From positions 39,062,001-39,126,000 of the forward strand of contig CM059432.1 in assembly GCA_030390025.1 (NCBI GenBank): a stretch of DNA of 64,000 nucleotides. Reading direction: 5' to 3'. The position numbers and the translations under genes were made by a program. Origin of the DNA: Squalus acanthias. Its lineage: Eukaryota. The notes under the pieces are model-generated. The model was not told the DNA's origin. It saw nothing but the letters and a program-made list of their open reading frames with translations, and ran no database searches. The first letter of the stretch is position 1. Every line of letters begins with the position of its first letter. Positions 49,782 through 62,125 of the stretch are shown one piece after another.

Positions 49782-51379
49782 CTGCAAGAGAAAGGGAAAT
49801 GTGTCAGTGAGTGTGGTGCAATGTGTTTGGGTGATGTGCCTGTCATGATTGAATAGCTGACATTGTGTGCAAGCTGTGAGATGTGGGTATGAGGCTTGCA
49901 GCAGTGGTAAGTGTGTGAGGCTGAGGTGAAGCTATGAATGTGAGGTATGAGTTGTGTTTGGTAGCGATTGATGGTTGCTGGGCCCCCTGCTGAGCGTTCG
50001 GCTACTCAGTAGCGCGTTCAGCACTGGGCTGAACGCCGCAATCATGAAAATGAGCAGCCCGCGTGAAGTTTGTGTGCTGCCTGCAGTCCTCGAAACGGGA
50101 GTGGGTTGATCGTGCATTGTGATCCCTGCACCTGTTTTCTAGGCCAATGTCATTTTGCAACTCAAAATTCAATTCTTCAAACTGGCAACATTATGATAAC
50201 ATATGTTAGCATTGTAAATATTCAAAGAAAACATGCAAAATGAAACACAAGGAAATCAAACACCTCAGACCTTCGGTCCCAATTACAGAAAAGGAATTGT
50301 ACTATTAATGAGAGATACGGCTGGCAGTACAGCAGTTAATATAGTGGGACTAACTGAATAGCTCTTTCAAAGAACTGGCACATGCATGATGGGCCGAGTG
50401 TACTGTATGATTCTATGAGTAGATGATAAAGAAACTAAAATAACAATGGCGCAAAGTGCAAACTATTGGGAAACGCAATTTCCATGACTTCAGACTTTAT
50501 GCAGTGATTCATAGTGGGGGTCTTTCCTGTTAAGGAGACCAACTTTAATTTAACTTGCTGGCCAAAAATAAATGAATAGGAATCTATAGAAATGAATTTG
50601 TGGAATAGTCTCTGCTTCATATTATATCATTAGAGCTAACTATATTACTTATTGTAATTATTTGACTCTAGCAATTGTATTAATAAAAAACATCTATACA
50701 AAGCATGTAATAGCTATATAAACCTTTTCAAAATGCCATTCCTTTTCTCACTGTGACAGGAGCAATGATGTTAATTGATTAAACCAGCTGGCAAATGGAG
50801 CTATGTCCAAAATCCACAGGGTGTTTTAATAATTAAATAGTCTGGTTGGTCATACCATGTTGGAGTGGTCAATAACGCTTTGATATTTGATGCCAGGTAC
50901 ATAAGAACATAAGAACATAAGAATTAGGAGCAGGAGTAGGCCATACGGCCCCTCAGCCTGCTCCGCCATTCAATAGGATCACGGCTGATCTTCGATCTCA
51001 ATTACACTTCCTTGCCCGATCCCCATATCCCTTGATTCCACTAGAGTCCAAAAATCTATCTCTCAGCCTTGAATATACTCAACGATTCAGCATCCACAGC
51101 CCTTTGGGGTAGAGGATTCCAAAGATGCACAACCCTTTGAGTGAAGAAATTGCTCCTCATCTCAGTCTTAAATGGCTACCACTTATCCTGAGACTATGCC
51201 CCCTAGTTCTAGACTCTCCAGCCAGGGAAACAACCTCTCAGCATCTACCCTGTCAATCCCCCTCAGAATGTTATATGTTTCAATGAGATCACCTCTCATT
51301 CTTCTAAACTCCAGAGAGTATAGGCCGAATCTACTCAATCTCTCCTCATAGGAGAACCCTCTCAGCTCAGGAATCAATC

Positions 51380-51977
51380 AGAGGCTAGGTATTCTGCGGC
51401 GAGTGTCTCACCTCCTGACTCCCCAAAGCCTTTCCACCATCTACAAGGCATAAGTAAGGAGAGTGATAGAATACTCTCCACTTGCCTGGATGAGTGCAGC
51501 TCCAACAACACTCAAGAAGCTCGACACCATCCAGGACAAAGCAGCCCGCTTGACTGGCACCTCATCCACCACCTTAAACATTCACTCCCTCCACCACCGG
51601 CGTACCGTGGCCGCAGTGTGTACCATCTACAAGATGCACTGCAACAACTCGCCAAGGCTTCTTTGGCAGCACCTCCCAAACCCGCGACCTCTTCCACCTA
51701 GGACAAGGGCAGCAGGCGCGTGGGAACACCACCACCTCCAAGTTCCCCTGCAAGTCACACACCATCCTGACTTAGAAGTATATCGCCAATCCTTCATCGT
51801 CGCTGGGTCAAAATCCTGGAACTCCCTCCCTAACAGCACTGTGGGAGTACCTTCACCACACAGACTGCAGCGGTTCAAGAAGGCGGCTCACCACCACCTT
51901 CTCAAGGGCAATTAAGGATGGGCAATAAATGCTGGCCTTGCCAGCGACGCCCACATCCCATGAACAAATTTTAAAAA
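51380..51977 (+). mobile_element. 5'-truncated copy of the tRNA-headed LINE family
   Basis: EYSPLAWMSAAPTTLKKL, homologous to 35328-35900. A-tail and TSD AATC. Confidence 0.9.
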
Positions 51978-52195
51978 AATCTAGTGAAAGTTTGTTGCAC
52001 CGCCTCCAAGGCAAGTATATCATTCCTCAGATAAGGAGACCAAAACTGTGCACAGTACTCCAGGTGTGGTCTTACCAAAGCCCTGTACAATTATTGCAAG
52101 ACTTCTTTACTCTTGTACTCCAACCCCTTTTGCAATAAAGACCAACATGCCATTTGCCTTCCTAATTGCTTGCTGTATCTGCATGCTAACTCTCT

Positions 52196-52956
52196 GGTCA
52201 GGATTTTCCCCTAAAACAAAATGGGTGGGTTTGGAGCATGGGGGTAATTAAATGGGATTTCTGACCTGATCCCGCATCAAACCCACCCACTCCCGGTTTT
52301 ATCAGAGGCGGGACGGGGGCAGGTGTCCAACCCACTCCCAGGGGGTGGTACCTTAATTTAAATATTGTAGTGAGGCTTGAAGCCTCTTTTTTCCCGTCCA
52401 TTTTGTGTTTAACTGCCTGCGGATGGGTTTCACACAATTCGTGAAACCCGGCAGTTAAACCAAGGCAGGGACTGCTGCATCCCGGAGCTAAGTGGCTTTA
52501 TACCTACCTCCTGGATCCAGGGTCCCTGCCTAATTCGCCCCCCGCGATTGGAGACCCTCTCATGAGGCCTCCGATCGCCGTCCCAGGCCTCCCCCCCCCT
52601 CCCTCCCCCCCAAACGATGATGAGGCCGGCCACGATCCTCTAGTGGCTGGCCCCAATCCGCTCTCACCCTCCCCCCCCGATCGCTGGCCGACTCCCCCCG
52701 TGATCCCCGGCTGACCCCCCCCTGCAATCCCCGACCCCTGCCGATTGCCGATCCCCGTCCCGATCCCCGACCCCCACCGAATGTTGATCCTCCCTACCGC
52801 GATCCCTTGCTTCTGAGGCTTACCCACCTGGAGCCAGCCAGCTTCTCAAGCTGGGTGGCTGCAGGCGGGAGTCCGACTCCTCACATCAAATCCCATTTCC
52901 CGCCCGCCTCGGAGGCCCCTTGCCCCCAACCCGCCTACCTGGGGAAAATTCCGCCC
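52196..52956. mobile_element. Harbinger-type MITE with C-rich CCCCGATC-like internal repeats
   Basis: TIRs GGTCAGGATTTTCCCC / GGGGAAAATTCCGCCC, flanks TCT/TTT, CR1 continuous on both sides. Confidence 0.8.
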
Positions 52957-54807
52957 TTTGTGTTTCCTGTACAAGGACACCTAAATCTCTCTGACCACCA
53001 ACATGTAATAGTTTCTCACCATTTAAAAAATATTCAGCATTTCCAGTCTTCCTACCATAGTGATTAGCCTCACATCGATCTGTGCTGTGAAGAATAGTGG
53101 TGACTTCAATCAGGTTGGATTTATGTAAATTCGGGGGTGCAGAGGGAAAACCAGAGCATGTGGTTACGTTAAATTGACAGAAGAAGTCGAAAAAGCAGTG
53201 GAGAGAGAGAGAAAGAGAATGTGGGAGAGATCAGTGCTCAAATCTCAACTACTCCTGAAGTGCTACTACAAACATGGCTCATTTCATTTATCTTATGATG
53301 TAAATAATCGAACCAAAATAAAACTTTTCTGCAATAAAGGCAGTGCAATCACATTCAGTATCTGTATTGTTGTAATGCAATATTTCCATGGGTCTGTGCA
53401 AGAGAATGTCATTCTTTTATTTTTATTTTCACAAAACTTTTTTCTGCCATCCAAGCTTGTAGATTTTCCCTCTAATTTACTCCCATGCTATACTGAAGGC
53501 CCTGGCTCATGATAGAAATTCCTTCAGTACCTTTGGTACTATGCTCAAATAGCCATTCTCAATGTGAACGTCAGTAGGCCATTTGACAGGGAAGACGGTG
53601 GGTGGAATCAGATCAAGCCCATTCCAGGCTTTGCCTGATATCATAATTACACATTTCCCAATGGCTGATATTTTTCGTCTTAGCCCAAGAATACTGTGGC
53701 CAATTATGGTCCCTATACTACCACCTTCTCTGAGATCAGCTAAGTCAAGACAGATCAGGGATCCAACCTTGGATCTTCCTGGCCTATATGGCTTAGCTTC
53801 ACTTTAGGTGATACATTTATCAATTGGCCATTACGGAGAGCACAATTGTGCATATTTGATATGTAAAGGTAAATAGTATGTTGATGATCTTGGACGATGT
53901 TATAGTTAACAATGCCCATTCTACTTGAGTAATTGTAAATTGTGGGTAGGAATAGGCAAATAATCATTGTCTAGTTATCTCATTTTTTAAAGTAAAACTC
54001 AAGGTCGCAACAAAATGATGCAGTAAAATATTATACAATGTGAAAAAAATGAGGACACAAAAATGCAGCATAGAAGTAGGCAACGCAGTTATAATCTACA
54101 TGTGTAGACAGTAAGGAGAATATTGAGCCCACAATTATGTCATATAGCTCAAATTACATTCTGGCATTAGTCCATCTTTTGAGGTCTTCATTGAAAGTTA
54201 AGAAACTTACATAAACATATAAAAGCTGCTTAACATAATCATATTTAATATACTCCAGACTTCTAAACAATTCTGCTTGTTGCTTGAAAATCCAGTTAGA
54301 ATTGATACCTCGGAGAATCTTTTATGAACCAGTAAACCAAGATATTTGTCTCTCTGTCATCATCATCTACTTTGATCACATTTTAACAGAAATACATTCA
54401 AAATAAATTGGGAGACTTTCATTTGATAAAGGGACTAGCATTTTCCTTACATCTGGTGAAGACCTTTGATAAATGATATTGCAAATTGATAACAGATTTA
54501 AAAAAACACATTGGACAAGTTGTTGCCCACACACTACAAATTATTTACTCACTGTTTGGCCGGGAGCCTGCATATTATGATTAGTGACTACAAGCCAGAA
54601 AGGTGCGGGAGAGCTTCTCTATAATGGCTGTGATGTCAGGTAGCTTCAGAAATCTCTCACTACATAGCATAATAATTAATATTCCAGTGATTTTTTCCCC
54701 CCCACAATTTTTGGTGCTTATTTTAGCCATATTTTCAGTTGCATGAAATTTGTCTGTTTTCTATTTTTCTTTTGTTTAAAAAAAGACAAAATTGCGTGCA
54801 AAAAACT

Positions 54808-54970
54808 GGGATTAATTTTCACCTCCCCCAATTGGGTTGTAAACTGGTGGAGCAAATCGCACGCCCTCCATAGAACTTGTCTGATTTCATTCCATTGATT
54901 TCAATAGAGAGGAAAATCAATGGGCCCAATCCGTTCCGCCAGTTTATTGCCAAAGGTGAAAGTTGCCCCC
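54808..54970. mobile_element. 163-bp palindromic Harbinger-type MITE
   Basis: GGGATTAATTTTCACCT / AGGTGAAAGTTGCCCCC, inner AAACTGG/CCAGTTT symmetry, TSD ACT/ACT. Confidence 0.75.
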
Positions 54971-55044
54971 ACTATGTACAGGAGTGTATATAATAGAAAA
55001 GTATTTTTATTTTAAAGAAAGTATTATTAACACTATGTTACAAG

Positions 55045-55187
55045 CAATGTTCTCTTTAAGCTGTGCTCCAGGGGTCCCGTGCAGCCGGCTTGTAACTAGA
55101 AAAACTGCGCATGGGCGGTATTTTGAATGGGCCGCACAGCCCGTTAAAGGGGCCGCGCAGCCCACCAAAAAATTACAGGGAACATTG
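55045..55187. mobile_element. 143-bp hAT-type MITE
   Basis: TIRs CAATGTTCTCTTTAA / TTACAGGGAACATTG, 8-bp TSD GTTACAAG/GTCACAAG. Confidence 0.82.
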
Positions 55188-55643
55188 GTCACAAGAACAA
55201 CTTGCTTTTCCAAAGCTCTCCTCTCTTGCAGAGACGTCACAGTGGGGCTTTACAGGAAAAAGTAAATACCGCGGAGGAAGGAGAAAGACAAAGGAAGGTT
55301 TGGGGTGGTGGGATCGGAGAGAATGATTATGAGGAGGCTTTTGAAGGCAGGAAGAGAAGGCACTCAGGGTGAGAGTTCTAGAGGACTGGATAGTGCTTTA
55401 AGGAATGACTACTGATGATGGAGTAGAAGGCGGGGGAATAAGGAGTCGGGCGCTGTTGGAAGACAAGATGGTGCATGCAGGTACTGACAGAATGATGGAG
55501 ACCGATGAGTTAGGATGGGGTGAGGCCATGGATGGATTTGAAGGTAATTAACATACAACATATAGATAAATAAGTAAATATGTATGTGAGGTTTTAACCT
55601 TTGTTAAGTTATGTTCCATGTTCTTATTGGCATTGAAATGAAT

Positions 55644-58410
55644 GGGATAAAAATTCGGGGCTGAACGCCACCCGTTACTGGCAAAAAAGGGCGAAAGAGC
55701 AGCGGCTGCCGCTGGTGGGGGACACTGCAAATGGCCTTGCTGGTCGACCATGAGGAGCTGGTGGCTGGGAGTGTCAAACCAATCTTCTTCTGTTTCTTCT
55801 TCACTCCCCAGGCTGCATTTCTTGGGTGTGTGAAATGAGGAAGGCACAAGGGTGGAGTTGTGGTGAGGGGAGGGCGGGAAAGCATGAGGTGCATGCCAGA
55901 AGAAGGATAACGTACGAGGATACCCGCATCTTTTATCCTTTCAGCCCCAGAGGTGAGGCTGGGAATGGAAGGTGTGCTTCATGATTGTTACAGATTGTCG
56001 GTAGGTGAGTGATTGGGGTGGCGGGGGAGGTGAGGGTAGGAGCCGTGCATTGAGAAGTGTGTGAGGCTAGTTGATGCAGATGGTATGAGATGGCTTTTGA
56101 AGATGCATTCACTGACCTTGACCAGTGGTCTGAGGTCATGAAGCTTCTTTGGGCACTGGAGCCAGGTGGCAGTGACGGCCTCGGTGATGTGGTCCCACAT
56201 CGTTCTTTCTGGAGGGCCTCCTGGCCCCTGTGGGTAGAGGACCTCTCTTGCAGTGTTGACTCCCTGCACAAAGCTGGAGTGTTGCATGCGAGACCCTGGG
56301 TGCCCTTTCCCTGGCTTGCTGAGCCATTTCTCTTCTCTCTCTCTTAGACAGTCCCTCGGAACCGAGGATGACTTGCTTCCACGCTAAAAATTAGTTCTCA
56401 GGTGACTGATGAGTCCAATGTGGGACCTACAGTCTCTGTCACAGGTGGGGCAGACGGTGGTTGAAGGGGTGGGTGGGTGGGGTGCTTGGGTTGACATGTG
56501 CTCCTTCCGCTGTTTGCGCTTGGCTTCCGCGCCTTCCCGGATGCTTCTCCTCCACTTTGAGCGGTCTTGGGCCAGGGATTCCCAGGTGTCGGAGGGGATT
56601 TTGCACTTTTTCAAGGAGGCTTTGAGGGTGTCCTTGAATCGTTTCCTCTGCCCACCTGGGGCTCTCCTGCCGTGTCGGAGCTCCAAGTAGAGCGCTTGTT
56701 TTGGGAGTCTCGTATCGGGCATGCGGACGATGTGGCCCATCCATCGGAGCTGATCGAACGTGGTCAAAGCTTCGATGCTGGGGATGTTGACCTGAGCGAG
56801 AACACTGACGTTGGTGCATCTATCCTGCCAATGGATTTGTAGGATCTTGCGGAGGCAGCGTTGGTGGTACCTCTCCAGTGCTTTGAGGTGCCTGCTGTAC
56901 ATGGTCCATGTCTCTGAAGCGTACAGGATGGCGGGAATCACAACTGCTCTGTAGACCATGAGCTTGGTGCTGGGTTTGAGGTCCTGGTCTTCAAACACTC
57001 TCTTCCTCAGGCGACTGAAGGCTGCACTGGCACACTGAAGGTGGTGTTGGAGTTCATCATCGACGTCTGCCCTTGTTGACAGTAGGCTCCCCAGGTATGG
57101 AAAGTGGTCCACGTTGTCCAAGGCCTCGTCGTGGATTTTGATAATCGGGGGGGCAGTACTATGTGGCGGGGGCAGGTTGGTAGAGCACGTTTGTCTTACG
57201 GATGTTTAGCGTAAGGCCCATGCTCTTGTACGCTTTGGTGAAGGTGTTGACGATGGTTTGGAGTTCGACTTCCGAGTGTGCGCAGACGCAAGCGTCATCT
57301 GCATACTGTAATTCGATGACAGAGGATGGGATGACCTTGGATCTGGACTGGAGGCGACAGAGGTTGAACAGTTTCCTGTTTGTTCTGTAGATTAGCTCCA
57401 CTCCAGTGGGGAGCTTACTGAGGATGAGATGGAGCATTGCAGCAAGGAAGATCGAGAAGAGCGTTGGTGTGATGACACAGCTTTGCGTGAATTGGGTCTG
57501 TGGTGGATCCGTTGGTCAGGATCATGGCTTGCATGTCGTTGTGAAGCAGACAGAGGATGGTGACAAACTTTAGAGGGCAGCTGAATTTGAGGAGAACACT
57601 CCATAATCCCTCATGGTTGATAGTGTCGAAGGCCTTTGTGAGGTCAAAGAAGGCCATGTAATGTGGTTGGTGCTGTTTCCTGCATTTCTCTTGTATTTGA
57701 TGCGCGGTGAAGATCATGTCCATTGTGCCCCTTAGTGGGCAGAATCCGCATTGCGATTCTGGGAGGAGCTCTTCAGCCACTGGGTGAAGGTGATTGAGGA
57801 GGATTCTTGCGATGACTTTCCCTGTGGCAGACAGCAGGGAAACAGCTCTGTAATTACCGCAATTGGACTTGTCACCTTTCTTGAAGATGGTCATGATTAC
57901 GGCGTCTCTGAGATCCCCTGGCATGCTCTCCTCCTTCCAAATAAGAGAAATAAGAGAAATTTCTGAGCCATTTGTGTTAGTGCTGAAGCACTTTTCCCAT
58001 TTTTTGAGGTTCGGAAGGGAATTCAGCTTTAAGTGCTGAAGACTCCCATTTGGGACTTCTTTTTAATAGTACATTTTTTAGTGAAAGGCAGTAAGGGCTG
58101 AAAGCTGCATTTTTTCACTGCATTGTAATTTTTATTATCTGAATGCATTGCCCCTTTAATTAATAGCCCCTTTAATTGCCACAATGCTGTACAAACTCGA
58201 CAGCCTCGCTTCCACAGAAGCTGCAACGGCGACTGTAGATGGGAACTTCGGGTCGGAGGCCTCCATTAACGCCACCAGGACGGCGTTGCACGGTAAGTTA
58301 GCGCTGCGCTTCACATTGCCAACCCCCAGCGCAAGTTTTTGCCCGCTAGCGCTGCGGCCATTTTCAGCGTAAGATATGTTCTCTGCCCAGCGTACACAAA
58401 TTTCCCCCCC
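55644..58410. mobile_element. Harbinger deletion derivative (Myb remnants on -) hosting an RTE LINE
   Basis: TIRs GGGATAAAAATT / AAATTTCCCCCCC, TSD AAT/AAT. MAQQARERAPRVS and WLQCPKKLHDL remnants. Confidence 0.85.
56330..57962 (-). mobile_element. 5'-truncated RTE-clade LINE
   Basis: LPESQCGF, FDLTKAFD, LQYADD, YLGS, LRWMGHIVRM and C-terminal CxxC...H motifs. AG-rich tail. 11-bp TSD CTGAGCCATTT (56319-56329, 57963-57973). Confidence 0.93.
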
Positions 58411-60329
58411 AATATTTTTAAACATAATCCCTGTGTGGTTCCAAAATGATTGAAAATAAATGTAACATTAAGTGAAAAGGGAACAATGGTAGGTTGATAA
58501 ATGCAAGAACAAGAGCAAATCAGTACAGACAGAGGGAGACCTGAAGTGAAAGGAGAAAGAACTGAAGACTGGAAACAGGAGTGAAAACTAATCAGAAATT
58601 GGATAAACTTTGAAATAATCTGAAAGGAAAAATGAATAATGTAAAATTGGGACAGTGGCGAGAAACCAGTGAAGAAGAATATGGAAGGAAGAAATAGACA
58701 AAGCGATTCAAAAAACACAGGTGGTTGTAGCTATGAGATTTGAACTGGATCAGAGGGCAAAGCAGGAGAGGCAGAGATAGAGTATGAAACAATGGCAAGA
58801 AATGGGAACAGTGGGAGAGAGCAACAAATTAGCAGTGGTAAATAGAGGCTTAGTCACAATCAAGCGAGTGTAGACTCTGATTATGTTGTATTCTATACTG
58901 TCAATAATCCCCTGTAAATTTTGAGTTTAGCTCATGCACCCACGCATGCCTGATGTTTAAAATGTCCGTATATCATTTAAATGATGATATCTTATGTTAA
59001 ATCAGTGTGTGTTAAAAACAAGTGATGGTTGATGAAGAGTTTATTCCAATGATAAAAATCAAAATGTTTGTATTCCACACGTAGTGTGCATGCTTGAATA
59101 GCCCTAACAAACTGCAAATACTTTAGTCATAAAGGCATTTTGTTTAATGAATTGGTGCAAAGTGCAAAACCTTATCGTGTAGTTCCTAATCATCATTTAT
59201 TAAGTAAAGTCTTTGTGTGACCGCAAAAGGGATTCTGGCCTGTAACAATAAGGGAAATAAATAGCTTTTTATAGCAACATGTAAGATAAGATCAGTTATA
59301 AACAGAAATGCATTTGCTAAAAAAACACTGAGCCTGACCTTTACCACATGGGGGCAGTCTTTTAAATTATTGTAAAGCTGTTTCTTATTGCAGATATGAA
59401 AAAGGAGATATTTAATTGGATCCAGTATTCTGAAGTTGATGTGACAAACAAATTTCTACGCATGTATAGAAAAGAGTACTAAATATAATTAGGCTGTATT
59501 TTAATTGTACCAAATGATAATACTTTCACTGTCAATTATGCTAAACTTAAAATTATAATTTATGTTTATAAATATAGTAATGTTTAGTATTATTGTAGTC
59601 ATGACAGTATATGAAAATATCCATTGCATTATTTAAACTACAATAGAATGAATTTTCACTAATCTTACACTTAGTGAAAATTGAAGCCACAGTATGAGAA
59701 GTAGAATTAAGAGGTGCATGAAGGTATACATAATGGGCCCAAAATCCCTGGCTCCCTGTTCAACTGCAGGAAGTGAAGTGGAGCAAGACTCCTGTCTACT
59801 TGCTGCAGTGGATATTGATTCCATCCCGAATCCCAAGGGCATGATTATTTTAATAATTGGGGCAGGTGGTCCATACCTGTAGTTGCACTACTAGCTAGAG
59901 GCCATAATGGACTGAAGATTTAAATTTTAAAACAGTTCCCTCCCCACAGGTGCACAATGTTTGAGCACTATGAGGTAGTCGATACTCTCTGAGATTGATT
60001 ATCTTTCCTTCCTCTGCTGGGGCATTGGAAAGCAGTTAAGTATTAGAATTAAATGGTCTCAAAATCAAATAATTATTTCTCAAAATGTAAGAGTCGTCCA
60101 ATGAAAGTGGAAGCATTCAAATTACAAAGTGTTTTATTTCATTTTCAGTTCTGTTTAGGTTGCCAAGTTTGTACTAGATTTATCCTCCACCATTTTTCAA
60201 TATAATGAGTAAGTTATGATGTAATTTCAAAGTCCATGCTGTCTCCCATTTGAAACACTAAAAGATGTGGCAAAAATTAAGCATTTTTGTCTATAAAGTA
60301 TCAAGGTATTGATTTGTGTCACAATATAT

Positions 60330-61520
60330 AATTGACAATGTTAATGAGTGGCAGGCAACATGGTTTAAAAGCAACAAGCCAACTTTCATAAACAACTAGG
60401 AACATTTTCAGATCCAAACGGATTGGTATAAGAAGAACGAGTTACACCTAAACCAAGTAGGAACAAGAAGACTATAAAGAATATTGCGGTAACAATTCCA
60501 AATCACGTAAATTGGATAGGTGGGGGTAGGGCAGAAAGGACAGAATCCACAATGAGACAGATTATGGGGGAACAATATAGTCAACAGGTGGGTATGGATA
60601 CAGAAACTCAGAGAGGCAGCAATAAGCATACACTGGGAGATTTGAAAGGTGGGAGATCTATATTTAGATGCATAACCATGAATGCTGGAAGCATTAGGAA
60701 TAAGATGCCAGAATTGGAAGACTGTTGTGGCAGTAGGGGACTATGATGCAGAAACATGGCTAAATAATGAGGATGGAAGTGAAAATAACAATCATGGGTA
60801 TAGAGTATTTAGAAAAGACAGAACGGACAAAAAAGGTGGTGTAGCCCTATATGTCAGGGATATGTGGGATGTAAATAAAGTCAATCATGTGAAGGGGGAA
60901 ATCTACAGAATGAATGACTCTGGGTATATACCTCTAATGCAAAAAAAATTCAAGCTAACACTACAGACCTCCAGGCCAGCAAACAAAGGAGGACAAATTG
61001 CTCTATGATGACATGGGAAAGGTTTTTGAGAATAGGAAAGTTATTTTAATAGGAGATTTCAATCAAACAAATATAAACTGGGAAAACCCAAGTGCTTTAG
61101 AATCAGAATTGGCAAATGTAATGCACCACTGTTATATGTGTCGAGGAAGTAACAAGAGGTGGTGCTCATCTTAATCCAGAATTTGCAAAGATTGCAGACA
61201 GTGTACAGGAAATGAAAGGCATAGCAACCCTGGAGGACGGTTACCATAGTATAATTATGTTTGACATGATCTGGGTGTCAGATATACTGAAGACCAGGAG
61301 CCTGGAAAAGGCCTAATTTCAATGAAATAAGGGAACAACTAAAGCAAATAGATTGGCAGATGTTGTTCAACAACATTTCAGTAAGACAAGTGGAATTCCT
61401 TTAAAGGTATAATGCTGAAGATGTAGAATAAATGCATACCAAAACAAATTAGATCAGACCAAACAAATGTGACTCAAAAATAGATGAACAGACACACTTA
61501 AACTGATATAAAGAGGAAAA
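60330..61520 (+). mobile_element. Ancient CR1 (ORF1 end + APE), heavily decayed
   Basis: MNAGSIRNK, AETWL, FRKDRTDKKGGVALYV and IGDFN motifs. Confidence 0.75.
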
Positions 61521-61658
61521 ATGACCTCCACACACCCTGTAGAGAAAAAGTGCTCAGTCACTCTGCCCCGGATGACAGATTCCAATAATTTCCCCACAAC
61601 TGATGTTAGATTGACAGGTCTGTAGTTATTTGGTTTTCTCTCCCTCCCTTCTTAAATA

Positions 61659-61722
61659 AGGTCAGGCAGCATCTGTGGAGAGAGAAACAGAGTTAACATT
61701 TCAGGTCGATGACCTTTCATCA
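61659..61722. mobile_element. Penelope-like terminal repeat fragment with truncated hammerhead core on minus
   Basis: GGCAGCATCTGTGGAGAGAGAAACAGAGTTAAC. Minus strand reads TGATGAA-AGGTC-ATC-GACCT-GAAA. Confidence 0.6.
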
Positions 61723-62125
61723 CCCAATCTCGGGAATGGCTGGCACAGAAATAGGTTTTCTTGGTGGGCTGGGAGGAAGCACTCCTGCTCCTCCTGGCCC
61801 ACACACAGTGCTGTAAAGGCACTTACCTCTTCTACGAAGCAGTCCTCACCTCCCTTTAGCTGCCAGGTTTCCTGAGGCCAGGGAAACCCGACTGGCCAGC
61901 CAGGGTTAAACCTGGAAGATAGGTTAAATCTGAGCCACGCAACCTCATTATAATATTTAAATGACCAATCCGTCTCCTAGGAGCGGGTTGGTTGCTCGCC
62001 CCCCTGTCCCGCCTCCATTAAAAGGGAAGAGAGAGAGTTGGGGTCGGGGTCGGGTTTGAGATTTTTAAAATTTTCACATCTCACCCAACCCAAACCGACC
62101 CATTTATGGGGGTTAAAATTACCCC
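61723..62125. mobile_element. Harbinger-type MITE fragment related to 52196-52956 (reverse orientation)
   Basis: Shared CCCCTGTCCCGCCTC and AATATTTAAAT blocks. End AAAATTACCCC. Confidence 0.6.

Larger units (their letters stand above)
45808..50145. mobile_element. Near-full-length Harbinger, inactivated and rearranged
   Basis: Left TIR GGGCTAAAAATTC, right end TTTTCTAGGCC, TSD AAT/AAT. Transposase on +, Myb gene on -. Confidence 0.9.
50898..53075 (-). mobile_element. CR1 3' portion interrupted by a LINE fragment and a MITE
   Basis: (ACATAAGA)n tail and RRMRGDLIETY motif. Sequence rejoins across 51380-51977 and 52196-52956. Confidence 0.88.
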
